Assembly (NCBI GenBank): GCA_964016885.1
Contig: OZ024740.1
Span: forward strand, 9,424,001-9,488,000
Direction: 5' to 3'
DNA: 64,000 nt
DNA from: Eledone cirrhosa
Lineage: Eukaryota
This document shows, in pieces, positions 39,009-54,000 of this stretch (position 1 is its first letter; each line of letters opens with the position of its first letter). The notes beneath the pieces were generated by a model that was given only the letters and a program-made list of their open reading frames with translations, did not search any database and had not been told where the DNA came from. The position numbers were made by a program, and so were the translations under genes.

Positions 39009-42000
39009 TCAGTTTCTATTGGCATATCAGTTTCGATTGGTATGTTAGATTCGATTAGTATATCAGTTTCTATTGGTATGTCAGTTTCTATTGGTATATC
39101 AATTTCGATTTGTATGTCAGTTTCGATTGGTATATCAGTTTCGATTAGTATGTCAGTTTCTATTGGTATATCGGTTTCCATTGGTATATCAGTTTCGATT
39201 GGTATGTCAGTTTCTATTGGTATGTCAGTTTCTATTGGTATATCAGTTTCCATTGGTATATCAGTTTCTATTGGTATGTCAGTTTCGATTGGTATGTCAG
39301 TTTCGATTGGTATGTCAGTTTCTATTGATATACCAGTTTCGATTGGTATGTGAGTTTCTATTGGTATGTCAGTTTCGATTGGTATGTCAGTTTCGATTGG
39401 TATGTCAGTTTCTATTGGTATATCAGTTTCCATTGGTATATCAGTTTCGATTGGTATGTCAGTTTCTATTGGTATATCAGTTTCTATCGGTATGTCAGTT
39501 TCTATAGTTATGTCAGTTTCTATTGGTATATCAGTTTCGATTGGTATATCAGTTTCGATTGGTATGTCAGTTTCGATTGGTATGTCAGTCTCTAATGGTA
39601 CATAAGTTTCGAATGGTATGTTAGTTTCTATTGGTACGTCGGTTTCGATTGTATATCAGTTTCTATTGGTATGTCAGTTTCGATTGGTATGTTAGTCCTC
39701 GATTTGTATGTCAGTTTCTATTGGTATATCAGTTTCGATTGGTATATCAGTTTCGATTAGTATATCAGTTTCTATTGGTATGTCAGCTTCTATTGGTATA
39801 GCAATTTCGATTGCTATGTTAGTTTCGATGGTTATATCAGTTTCGATTTTTATTTCAGTTTCGATTGGTATGTCAGTTTCTATGCGTATATCAGTTTCGA
39901 TTGGTATATCAGATTCTATTGGTATGTCAGTTTCTATTGGTATGTCAGTTTCAATTGGTATATCAGTTTCGATTCGTATGTCAGTTTCGATCGTTATGTC
40001 AGTTTCTATTGGTATATAAGTTTTGATTGTTATATCATTTTCGATTGGTATGTCAGTTTCGATTAGTATATCAGTTTCGATTAGTATGTAACTTTCTATT
40101 GGTATGTCAGTTACGATTAGTATATCAGTTTCGATTGGTATATCAGTTTCGATTGGTGTGTCAGTTTTGATTGGTATGTCAGTTTCTATTGGTATATGAG
40201 TTTCGATTGGTATGCAGGTTTCGATTGGTATGTCAGTTTCTATTGGTGTGTTAGTTTCGATTAGTATATCAGTTTCTATAGGTATATCAGTTTCAATTGG
40301 TATGTCAGTTTCTATTGGAATATCAGTTTCTATTGGTATGACAGTTTCTATTGGTATGTCAGTTTCAATTGGTATATCAGTTTCGATTCGTATGTCAGTT
40401 TCGATTGTTATGTCATTTTCTTTTGGTATATCACTATCGATTGGTATGTCAGTTTCGATTAGTATATCAATTTCAATGTGTATGTCAGTTTGTATTGGTA
40501 TATCAGTTTCGATTGGTATATCAGTTTCGACTGGTGTGTCAATTTTGATTGGTATGTCAGTTTCAATTGGTATATCGGTTTCGATTGGTATGTCAGTTTC
40601 GATTGTTATGTCAGTTTTAATTGTATATCAGTTTCGAATGGTATCTCAGTTTTGATTGGTATATCTGTTTCGATTGGTATGTCTGTTTCGATTGGTATGT
40701 CAGTTTCGATTGGTATGTCAGTTTCTATTGGTATATCAGTTTCCATTGGTATATCAGTTTCGATTGGTATGTCAGTTTCTATTGGTATATCAGTTTCTAT
40801 CGGTATGTCAGTTTCTATTGGTATGTCAGTTTCTATTGGTATATCAGTTTCGATTTGTATGTCAGTTTCGATTGGTATGTCAGTTTCGATTGGTATGTCA
40901 GTTTCGATTGGTATATCAGTTTCGATTGTTATGTCAGTTTCTAATGGTACATAAGTTTTGAATGGTATGTTAGTTTCTATTGGTATGTAGATTTCGATTG
41001 CATATCAGTTTCTATTGGTATGTCAGTTTCGATTGGTATGTTAGTCCTCGATTTGTATGTCAGTTTCTATTGGTATATCAGTTTCGATTGGTATATCAGT
41101 TTCGATTAATATATCAGTTTCTATTGGTATGTCAGCTTCTATTGGTATAGCAATTTCGATTGCTATGTTAGTTTCGATGGTTATATCAGTTTCGATTTTT
41201 ATTTCAGTTTCGATTGGTATGTCAGTTTCTATGCGTATATCAGTTTCTATTGGTATGTCAGTTTTGATTGGTATGTCAGTTTCTATTGGTATATCAGTTT
41301 CGATTGGTATATCAGTTTCTATTGGTATATCAGTTTCGATTGGTATATCAGATTCTATTGGTATGTCAGTTTCTATTGGTATGTCAGTTTCTATTGGTAT
41401 GTCAGTTTCAATTGGTATATCAGTTTCGATTCGTATGTCAGTTTCGATCGTTATGTCAGTTTCTATTGGTATATCAGTTTTGATTGGTATATCATTTTCG
41501 AATGGTATGTCAGTTTCGATTAGTATATCAGTTTCGATTAGTATGTAACTTTCTATTGGTATGTCAGTTACGATTAGTATATCAGTTTCGATTGGTATAT
41601 CAGTTTCGATTGGTGTGTCAGTTTCGATTGGTATGTCAGTTTCTATTGGTATATGAGTTTCGATTGGTATATCAGTTTCGATTGGTATATCAGTTTCGAT
41701 TGGTATGTAGGTTTCGAATCGTATGTCAGTTTCTATTGGTATGTTAGTTTCGATTAGTATATCAGTTTCTATAGGTATATCAGTTTCAATTGGTATGTCA
41801 GTTTCTATTGGAATATCAGTTTCTATTGGTATGTCAGTTTCTATTGGTATGTCATTTTCAATTGGTATATCAATTTCGATTCGTATGTCAGTTTCGATTG
41901 TTATGTCATTTTCTTTTGGTATATCATTATCGATTGGTATGTCAGTTTCGATTAGTATATCAATTTCTATGTGTATGTCAGTTTGTATTGGTATATCAGT

Positions 42001-45000
42001 TTCGATTGGTATATCAGTTTCGACTGGTATGTCAATTTTGATTGGTATGTCAGTTTCAATTGGTATATCGGTTTCGATTGGTATGTCAGTTTCGATTGTT
42101 ATGTCAGTTTTGATTGTATATCAGTTTCGAATGGTATGTCAGTTTTGATTGGTATATCTGTTTCGATTGGTATGTCTCTTTCGATTGGTATATAAGTTTC
42201 GATTGGTATATCAGTTTCGATTGATATATCAGTTTTCATTAGTATGTCAGTTTCTATTGGTATGTCAGTTTCGATTAGTATATGAGGTTTCTATTGGTAT
42301 GTCAGTTTCGATTGGTATGTCAGTTTCTATTGGTATGTCAGTTTCGATTTGTATATCAGTTTCTATTGGTATGTTAGTTTCTATTGGTATGTCAGTTTCA
42401 ATTGGTATATCAGTTTCGATTGGTATGTCAGTTTCTATTGGTATATCGGTTTCCATTGGTATATCAGTTTCGATTGGTATGTCAGTTTCTATTGGTATAT
42501 CAGTTTTGATTGGTATGTTAGTTTCTATAGGTATGTCAGTTTCGATTTGTATATCAGTTTCGATTCGTATGTTAGTCCTCGATTTGTATGTCAGTTTCTA
42601 TTGGTATATCAATCTCGATTGGTATGTCAGTTTCTATTGGTATGTCGGTTTCTATTGGTATATCAGTTTCTATTTCTATGTCAGTTTCTATTGGTATGTC
42701 AGTTTCTATTGGTATATCAGGTTCGATTGGTATGTCAGTTTCGATTAGTATATCAGTTTCTATTGGTATGTCAGCTTCTATTGGTATATCAATTTTGATT
42801 GGTATGTCAGTTTCGATGGGTATATCTGTTTCGATTTTTATGTCAGTTTCGATTGGTATGTCAGTTTCGATTAGTACTTCAATTTCAATGTGTATATCAG
42901 TTTCTATTGGTATGTCAGTTTTGATTGGTATGTCAGTTTCTATTCGTATATCAGTTTCGATTGGTATATCAGTTTCGATTAGTATATCAGTTTCTATTGG
43001 TATGTCAGCTTCTATTGGTATAGCAATTTCGATTGCTATGTTAGTTTCGATGGTTATATCAGTTTCGATTTTTATTTCAGTTTCGATTGGTATGTCAGTT
43101 TCTATGCGTATATCAGTTTCTATTGGTATGTCAGTTTTGATTGGTATGTCAGTTTCGATTAGTATATCAATTTCAATGTGTATGTCAGTTTGTATTGGTA
43201 TATCAGTTTCGATTGGTATATCAGTTTCGACTGGTATGTCAATTTTGATTGGTATGTCAGTTTCAATTGGTATATCGGTTTCGATTGGTATGTCAGTTTC
43301 GATTGTTATGTCAGTTTTGATTGTATATCAGTTTCGAATGGTATCTCAGTTTTGATTGGTATATCTGTTTCGATTGATATGTCTGTTTCGATTGGTATGT
43401 CAGTTTCGATTGGTATGTCAGTTTCTATTGGTATATCAGTTTCCATTGGTGTATCAGTTTCGATTGGTATGTCAGTTTCTATTGGTATATCAGTTTCTAT
43501 CGGTATGTCAGTTTCAATTGGTATGTCAGTTTCTATTGGTATATCAGTTTCGATTGGTATATCAGTTTCGATTGGTATGTCAGTTTCGATTGGTATGTCA
43601 GTTTCGATTGGTATGTCAGTTTCGATTGGTATGTCAGTTTCGATTGGTATATCAGTTTCGGTTGTTATGTCAGTTTCTAATGGTACATAAGTTTCGAATG
43701 GTATGTTAGTTTCTATTGGTATGTCGGTTTCGATTGCATATCAGTTTCTATTGGTATGTCAGTTTCGATTGGTATGTTAGTCCTCGATTTGTATGTCAGT
43801 TTCTATTGGTATATCAGTTTCGATTGGTATATCAGTTTCGATTACTATATCAGTTTCTATTGGTATGTCAACTTCTATTGGTATAGCAATTTCGATTGCT
43901 ATGTTAGTTTCGATGGTTATATCAGTTTCGATTTTTATTTCAGTTTCGATTGGTATGTCAGTTTCTATGCGTATATCAGTTTCTATTGGTATGTCAGTTT
44001 TGATTGGTATGTCAGTTTCTATTGGTATATCAGTTTCGATTGGTATATCAGTTTCTATTGGTATATCAGTTTCGATTGGTATATCAGATTCTATTGGTAT
44101 GTCAGTTTCTATTGGTATGTCAGTTTCTATTGGTATGTCAGTTTCAATTGGTATATCAGTTTCGATTCGTATGTCAGTTTCGATCGTTATGTCAGTTTCT
44201 ATTGGTATATCAGTTTTGATTGGTATATCATTTTCGATTGGTATGTCAGTTTCGATTAGTATATCAGTTTCGATTAGTATGTAACTTTCTATGGGTATGT
44301 CAGTTACGATTAGTATATCAGTTTCGATTAGTATGTAACTTTCTATTGGTATGTCAGTTACGATTAGTATATCAGTTTCGATTGGTATATCAGTTTCGAT
44401 TGGTGTGTCAGTTTCGATTGGTATGTCAGTTTCTATTGGTATATGAGTTTCGATTGGTATGCAGGTTTCGATTGGTATGTTAGTTTCGATTAGTATATCA
44501 GTTTCTATAGGTATATCAGTTTCAATTGGTATGTCAGTTTCTATTGGAATATCAGTTTCTATTGGTATGTCAGTTTCTATTGGTATGTCAGTTTCAATTG
44601 GTATATCAGTTTCGATTCGTATGTCAGTTTCGATTGTTATGTCATTTTCTTTTGGTATATCAGTATCGATTGGTATGTCAGTTTCGATTAGTATATCAAT
44701 TTCTATGTGTATGTCAGTTTGTATTGGTATATCAGTTTCGATTGGTATATCAGTTTCGACTGGTATGTCAATTTTGATTGGTATGTCAGTTTCAATTGGT
44801 ATATCGGTTTCGATTGGTATGTCAGTTTCGATTGTTATGTCAGTTTTGATTGTATATCAGTTTCGAATGGTATGTCAGTTTTGATTGGTATATCTGTTTC
44901 GATTGGTATGTCTCTTTCGATTGGTATGTCAGTTTCGATTGGTATATCAGTTTCGATTAGCATGTCAGTTTCTATTGGTATATCAGTTTCGATTGGTATG

Positions 45001-48000
45001 TCAGTTTCGATTAGTATATCAGTTTCTATTGGTATATCAGTTTCGATTGATATTTCAGTTTTCATTAGTATGTCAGTTTCTATTGGTATGTCAGTTTCGA
45101 TTAGTATATGAGGTTTCTATTGGTATGTCAGTTTCGATTGGTATGTCAGTTTCTATTGGTATGTCAGTTTCGATTAGTATATCAGTTTCTATTGGTATGT
45201 TAGTTTCTATTGGTATGTCAGTTTCAATTGGTATATCAGTTTCGATTCGTATGTCAGTTTCGATTGTTATGTCAGTTTCTATTGGTATATCAGTTTCGAT
45301 TGGTATGTCAGTTTCTATTGGTATATCAGTTTTGATTGGTATGTTAGTTTCTATAGGTATGTCAGTTTCGATTTGTATATCAGTTTCGATTCGTATGTTA
45401 GTCCTCGATTTGTATGTCAGTTTCTATTGGTATATCAATCTCGATTGGTATGTCAGTTTCTATTGGTATGTCAGTTTCTATTGGTATATCAGGTTCGATT
45501 GGTATGTCAGTTTCGATTAGTATATCTGTTTCTATTGGTATGTCAGCTTCTATTGGTATATCAATTTTGATTGGTATGTCAGTTTCGATGGGTATATCAG
45601 TTTCGATTTTTATGTCAGTTTCGATTGGTATGTCAGTTTCGATTAGTACTTCAGTTTCAATGTGTATATCAGTTTCTATTGGTATGTCAATTTTGATTGG
45701 TATGTCAGTTTCTATTGGTATATCAGTTTCGATTGGTATATCACTTTCTATTGATATATCAGTTTCGATTAGTATATCAGTTTCTATTTGTATGTCAGTC
45801 CCTATTGGTATATCAATTTCGATTGGTATGTCAGTTTCTATGGGTATATCATTTTTGATTGGTATGTTAGTCTCTATTGATATGTCAGTTTCGATTTGTA
45901 TATCAGTTTCTATTGGTATGTCAGTTTCGATTAGTATGTTCGTCCTCGATTTGTATGTCAGTTTCTATTGGTATATCAATTTCGATTGGTATGTCAGTTT
46001 CTATTGTTATATCAGTTTCGATTGGTATGTTAGATTCGATTAGTATATCAGTTTCTATTGGTATGTCAGTTTCTATTGGTATATCAATTTCGATTGGTAT
46101 GTCAGTTTCTATGCGTATATCAGTTTCTATTGGTATGTCAGTTTTGATTGGTATGTCAGTTTCTATTGGTATATCAGTTTCGATTGGTATATCAGTTTCT
46201 ATTGGTATATCAGTTTCGATTGGAATATCAGATTCTATTGGTATGTCAGTTTCTATTGGTATGTCAGTTTCTATTGGTATGTCAGTTTCAATTGGTATAT
46301 CAGTTTCGATTCATATGTCAGTTTCGATCGTTATGTCAGTTTCTATTGGTATATCAGTTTTCATTGGTATATCATTTTCGATTGGTATGTCAGTTTCGAT
46401 TAGTATATCAGTTTCGATTAGTATGTAACTTTCTACTGGTATGTCAGTTACGATTAGTATATCAGTTTCGATTGGTATATCAGTTGCGATTGGTGTGTCA
46501 GTTTCGATTGGTATGTCAGTTTCTACTGGTATATGAGTTTCGATTGGTATATCAGTTACCATTGGTATATCAGTTTCGATTGGTATGTAGGTTTCGATTC
46601 GTATGTCAGTTTCTATTGGTATGTTAGTTTCGATTAGTATATCAGTTTCTATAGGTATATCAGTTTCAATTGGTATGTCAGTTTCTATTGGAATATCAGT
46701 TTCTATTGGTATGTCAGTTTCTATTGGTATGTCAGTTTCAATTGGTATATCAGTTTCGATTCGTATGTCAGTTTCGATTGTTATGTCATTTTCTTTTGGT
46801 ATATCAGTATCGATTGGTATGTCAGTTTCGATTAGTATATCAATTTCTATGTGTATGTCAGTTTGTATTGGTATATCAGTTTCGATTGGTATATCAGTTT
46901 CGACTGGTATGTCAATTTTGATTGGTATGTCAGTTTCAATTGGTATATTGGTTTCGATTGGTATGTCAGTTTCGATTGTTATGTCAGATTTGATTGTATA
47001 TCAGTTTTGAATGGTATGTCAGTTTTGATTGGTATATCTGTTTCGATTGGTATGTCTCTTTCGATTGGTATGTCAGTTTCGATTGGTATATCAGTTTCGA
47101 TTAGCATGTCAGTTTCTATTGGTATATCAGTTTCGATTGGTATGTCAGTTTCGATTAGTATATCAGTTTCTATTGGTATATCAGTTTCGATTGATATATC
47201 AGTTTTGATTAGTATGTCAGTTTCTATTGGTATGTCAGTTTCGATTAGTATATGAGGTTTCTATTGATATGTCAGTTTCGATTGGTATGTCAGTTTCTAT
47301 TGGTATGTCAGTTTCGATTAGTATATCAGTTTCTATTGGTATGTTAGTTTCTATTGGTATGTCAGTTTCAATTGGTATATCAGTTTCGATTCGTATGTCA
47401 GTTTCGATTGTTATGTCAGTTTCTATTGGTATATCAGTTTCGATTAGTATGTCAGTTTCTATTGGTATATCGGTTTCCATTGGTATATCAGTTTCGATTG
47501 GTATGTCAGTTTCTATTGGTATATCAGTTTTGATTGGTATGTTAGTTTCTATAGGTATGTTAGTTTCGATTTGTATATCAGTTTCGATTCGTATGTTAGT
47601 CCTCGATTTGTATGTCAGTTTCTATTGGTATATCAATCTCGATTGGTATGTCAGTTTCTATTGGTATGTCGGTTTCTATTGGTATATCAGTTTCTATTTC
47701 TATGTCAGTTTCTATTGGTATGTCAGTTTCTATTGGTATATCAGGTTCGATTGGTATGTCAGTTTCGATTAGTATATCAGTTTCTATTGGTATGTCAGCT
47801 TCTATTGGTATATCAACTTTGATTGGTATGTCAGTTTCGATGGGTATATCAGGTTCGATTTTTATGTCAGTTTCGATTGGTATGTCAGTTTCGATTAGTA
47901 CTTCAGTTTCAATGTGTATATCAGTTTCTATTGGTATGTCAGTTTTGATTGGTATGTCAGTTTCTATTGGTATATCAGTTTCGATTGGTATATCACTTTC

Positions 48001-51000
48001 TATTGATATATCAGTTTCGATTAGTATATCAGTTTCTATTTGTATGTCAGTTCCTATTGGTATATCAATTTCGATTGGTATGTCAGTTTCTATGGGTATA
48101 TCATTTTTGATTGGTATGTTAGTTTCTATTGATATGTCAGTTTCGATTTGTATATCAGTTTCTATTGGTATGTCAGTTTCGATTGGTATGTTCGTCCTCG
48201 ATTTGTATGTCAGTTTCTATTGTTATATCAGTTTCGATTGGTATGTTAGATTCGATTAGTATATCAGTTTCTATTGGTATGTCAGTTTCTATTGGTATAT
48301 CAATTTCGATTAGTATATCAGTTTCTATTGGTATGTCAGCTTCGATTGGTATGTCAGTTTCTATTGGTATACCAGTTTGGATTGGTATGTGAGTTTCTAT
48401 TGGTATGTCAGTTTCGATTGGTATGTCAATTTCGATTGGTATGTCAGTTTCTATTGGTATATCAGTTTCCATTGGTATATCAGTTTCGATTGGTATGTCA
48501 GTTTCTATTGGTATATCAGTTTCTATCGGTATGTCAGTTTCTATTGGTATGTCAGTTTCTATTGGTATATCAGTTTCGATTGGTATATCAGTTTCGATTG
48601 GTATGTCAGTTTCGATTGGTATGTCAGTTTCGATTGGTATATCAGTTTCGATTGTTATATCAGTTTCCATTGGTATGTTAGTCCTCGATTTCTATGTCAG
48701 TTTCTATTGGTATATCAGTTTCGATTGGTATGTCAGTTTCGATTCGTATGTCAGTTTCTATTGGTATATCAGTTTCGATTGGTATATCAGTTTCGATTAG
48801 TATATCAGTTTCTATTGGTATGTCAGCTTCTATTGGTATAGCAATTTCGATTGGTATGTTAGTTTCGATGGTTATATCAGTTTCGATTTTTATTTCAGTT
48901 TCGATTCGTATGTTAGTCCTCGATTTGTATGTCAGTTTCTATTGGTATATCAATTTCGATTGGTATGTCAGTTTCTATTGGTATGTCGGTTTCTATTGGT
49001 ATATCAGTTTCTATTTCTATGTCAGTTTCTATTGGTATGTCAGTTTTATTGGTATGTCAATTTCGATTGGAATGTCACTTTCGATTGGTATATCAGTTTC
49101 GAATGCTATGTCAGTTTCGATTGATATGTCAGTTTCGATTGGTATATCAGTTTCCATTGGTATATCTGTTTCGATTGCTATGTCAGTTTCTATTGGTATA
49201 TCAGTTTCCATTGGTATATCCATGTCGATTTGTATATCAGTTTCGATTTGTATGTCAGTTTTATTGGTATGTCAATTTCGATTGGTATTTCAGTTTCGGT
49301 TGGAATGTAAGTTTCGATTGGTATGTCAGTTTTTATTGGTATATCAGTTTCGATTGGTATATCAGTTTCTAATGGTATGTCAGTTTTGATTGGTATGTAA
49401 ATTTCGATTGGTATGTCACTTTCGATTGGTATATCAGTTTCAAATGGTATGTCTGTTTCGATTGGTATGTCAGTTTCGATTGGTATATCAGTTTCCATTG
49501 GTATATCAGTTTCGATTGCTATGTCAGTTTCTATTGGTATATCAGTTTCGAATGGTATCTCAATTTCTATTGGTATATCAGTTTTGATTGTTATATCAGT
49601 TACGATTTGTATGTCAGTTTCGATTGGTATATCAGTTTCGATTGGTTTATCAGTTTCGATTCGTATGTCACTCTCAGTTGTTATGTCAATTTCGATTGGT
49701 TTATCAGATTCGATTAGTATGTCAATTTCTATCGGTATATCAGTTTCCATTTGTATATCAGTTTCGATTGGTATGTCAGTTTCGATTGGTATATCAGTCT
49801 CGAATGGTATGTCAGTTTCGATTGGTATGTCTGTTTTGATTGGTATATCAGTTTCAAATGGTATGTCAGTCTCGATTAGTATGTCCGTTTCGATTGGCAT
49901 ATCAGTTTCGATTCCTGTGTCAGTTTCTATTGGTATATCAGTTTCCATTGGTATATCAGTTTCGATTTGTATATCAGTTTCAATATGTATGTCAGTTTCT
50001 ATTGGTATGTCAGTTTCAATTCGTGTATCAGTTTCGATTGGTATGTCAGTTTTATTGGTATGTCAATTTCGATTGGTATATCAGTTTCGGCTGGAATGTC
50101 AGTTTCGATTGGTATGTCAGTTTCTATTGGTATATCAGTTTCGATTGGTATATCAGTTTCTATTGGTATGTCAGTTTTGATTGGTATGTAAATTTCGATT
50201 GGTATCTCACTTTCGATTGGTGTGTCCGTTTCGATTGGTATATCAGTTTCTATTGGTATGTCAGTTTCGATTGGTATGTCAATTTCGATTGGTATGTCAC
50301 TTTCGATTGGTATATCAGTTTCGAATGGTATGTCAGTTTTGATTGGTATGTCAGTTTCCATTGGTATATCAATTTCCATTGGTATATCAGTTTCGATTGG
50401 TATATCAGTTTCTATTGGTATGTCAGTTTTGATTGGTATGTAAATTTCGATTGGTATGTCACTTTCGATTGGTATATCAGATTCGAATGGTATGTCAGTT
50501 TCGATTGGTGTGTCAGTTTCGATTGGTATATCAGTTCCATTGGTATATCAGTTTCAATTGCTATGTCAGTGTCTATTGGTATATCAGTTTCTATTGGTAT
50601 GTCAATTTCTATTGGTATATCAGTTTTGATTGGTATATCGGTTTCGATTCGTATGTCAGTTTCGATTGGTATGTCAGTTTCGATTGGTTTATCAGTTTCG
50701 ATTGGTATGTCAGTCTCAATTGGTATGTCAATTTCGATTGGTTTATCAGATTCGATTAGAATGTCAATTTCTATCGGTATATCAGTTTCCATTTGTATAT
50801 CAGTTTCGATTGGTATGTCAGTTTCGATTGGTATATCAGTTTCGAATGGTATGTCAGTTTCGATTGGTATGTCTGTTTTGATTGGTATATCAGTTTCAAA
50901 TGGTATGTCAGTCTCGATTAGTATGTCCGTTTCGATTGGCATATCAGTTTCGATTCGTATGTCAGTTGCGATTGTTATATCAGTTTCGATTATTATGTCT

Positions 51001-54000
51001 GTTTCGATTGGTATATCAGTTTCTATTGGTATGGTAGCTTCTATTGGTATATCAATTTTGATTGGTATGTCAGTTTCGATGGGTATATCATTTTAGATTT
51101 TTATGTCAGTTTCGATTGTTATGTCAGTTTCGATTAGTATGTCAGTTTCAATGTGTATATCAGTTTCTATTGGTATGTCAGTTTTAATTGGTATGTCAGT
51201 TTCTATTGGTATATCAGTTTCGATTGGTATATCAGTTTCTATTGATATATCAGTTTCGATTAGTATATCAGTTTCTATTTGTATGTCAGTTCCTATTGGT
51301 ATATCAATTTCGATTTGTATGTCAGTTTCGATTGGTATATCAGTTTGTATTGGTATGTCAGTTTCTATTGGTATGTCAGTTTCTATTGGTATATCAGTTA
51401 CTATTGGTATGTCAGTTTCGATTGGTATGTCAGTTTCGATTGGTATGTCAGTTTCTATTAGTATATCAGTTTCGATTGGTATATCAGTTTCTATTGGTAT
51501 GTCAGTTTTGATTGGTATGTAAATTTCGATTGGTATGTCACTTTCGATTGGTATATCAGTTTTGAATGGTATGTCAGTTTCGATTGGTGTGTCAGTTTCG
51601 ATTGGTATATCAGTTCCATTGCTATATCAGTTTCGATTGCTATGTCAGTGTCTATTGGTATATTAGTTTCTACTGGTTTGTCAATTTCTATTGGTATATC
51701 AGTTTTGATTGGTATATCGGTTTCGATTCGTATGTCAGTTTCGATTGGTATATCAGTTTCGATTGGTTTATCAGTTTCGATTGGTTTGTCAGTCTCAATT
51801 GGTATGTCAATTTCGATTGGTATATCAGTGTCGATTCGTATGTCAGTTTCGATCGTTATGTCAGTTTCTATTGGTATATCAGTTTTGATTGGTATATCAG
51901 TTTCGATTGGTATGTCAGTTTCGATTAGTATATCAGTTTCGATTAGTATGTAACTTTCTATTGGTATGTCAGTTACGATTAGTATATCAGTTTCGATTGG
52001 TATATCAGTTTCGATTGGTGTGTCAGTTTCGATTGGTATGTCAGTTTCTATTGGTATGTCAGCTTCTATTGGTATAGCAATTTCGATTGCTATGTTAGTT
52101 TCGATGGTTATATCAGTTTCGATTTTTATTTCAGTTTCGATTGGTATGTCAGTTTCTATGCGTATATCAGTTTCCATTGGTATGTCAGTTTTGATTGGTA
52201 TGTCAGTTTCTATTGGTATATCAGTTTCGATTGGTATATCAGTTTCTATTGGTATATCAGTTTCGATTGGTATATCACATTCTATTGGTATGTCAGTTTC
52301 TGTTGGTATGTCAGTTTCTATTGGTATGTCAGTTTCAATTGGTATATCAGTTTCGATTCGTATGTCAGTTTCGATCGTTATGTCAGTTTCTATTGGTATA
52401 TCAGTTTTGATTGGTATATCAGTTTAGATTGGTATGTCAGTTTCGATTAGTATATCAGTTTCGATTAGTATGTAACTTTCTATTGGTATGTCAGTTACGA
52501 TTAGTATATCAGTTTCGATTGGTATATCAGTTTCGATTGGTGTGTCAGTTTCGATTGGTATGTCAGTTTCTATTGGTATATGAGTTTCGATTGGTAGATC
52601 AGTTTCGATTGGTATATCAGTTTCGATTGGTATGTAGGTTTCGATTGGTATGTCAGTTTCTATTGGTGTGTTAGTTTCGATTAGTATATCAGTTTCTATT
52701 GGTATATCAGTTTCAATTGGTATGTCAGTTTCTATTGGAATATCAGTTTCTATTGGTATGTCAGTTTCTATTGGTATGTCAGTTTCAATTGGTATATCAG
52801 TTTCGATTCGTATGTCAGTTTCGATTGTTATGTCATTTTCTTTTGGTATATCAGTATCGATTGGTATGTCAGTTTCGATTAGTATATCAATTTCTATGTG
52901 TATGTCAGATTCAATTGGTATATCGGTTTCGATTGGTATGTCAGTTTCGATTGTTATGTCAGTTTTGATTGTATATCAGTTTCGATTAGTATATCAGTTT
53001 CTATTGGTATGTCAGCTTCTATTGGTATAGCAATTTCGATTGCTATGTTAGTTTCGATGGTTATATCAGTTTCGATTTTTATTTCAGTTTCGATTGGTAT
53101 GTCAGTTTCTATGCGTATATCAGTTTCTATTGGTATGTCAGTTTTGATTGGTATGTCAGTTTCGATTAGTATATCAATTTCAATGTGTATGTCAGTTTGT
53201 ATTGGTATATCAGTTTCGATTGGTATATCAGTTTCGACTGGTATGTCAATTTTGATTGGTATGTCAGTTTCAATTGGTATATCGGTTTCGATTGGTATGT
53301 CAGTTTCGATTGTTATGTCAGTTTTGATTGTATATCAGTTTCGAATGGTATCTCAGTTTTGATTGGTATATCTGTTTCGATTGATATGTCTGTTTCGATT
53401 GGTATGTCAGTTTCGATTGGTATGTCAGTTTCTATTGGTATATCAGTTTCCATTGGTGTATCAGTTTCGATTGGTATGTCAGTTTCTATTGGTATATCAG
53501 TTTCTATCGGTATGTCAGTTTCAATTGGTATGTCAGTTTCTATTGGTATATCAGTTTCGATTGGTATATCAGTTTCGATTGGTATGTCAGTTTCGATTGG
53601 TATGTCAGTTTCGATTGGTATGTCAGTTTCGATTGGTATGTCAGTTTCGATTGGTATATCAGTTTCGGTTGTTATGTCAGTTTCTAATGGTACATAAGTT
53701 TCGAATGGTATGTTAGTTTCTATTGGTATGTCGGTTTCGATTGCATATCAGTTTCTATTGGTATGTCAGTTTCGATTGGTATGTTAGTCCTCGATTTGTA
53801 TGTCAGTTTCTATTGGTATATCAGTTTCGATTGGTATATCAGTTTCGATTACTATATCAGTTTCTATTGGTATGTCAACTTCTATTGGTATAGCAATTTC
53901 GATTGCTATGTTAGTTTCGATGGTTATATCAGTTTCGATTTTTATTTCAGTTTCGATTGGTATGTCAGTTTCTATGCGTATATCAGTTTCTATTGGTATG

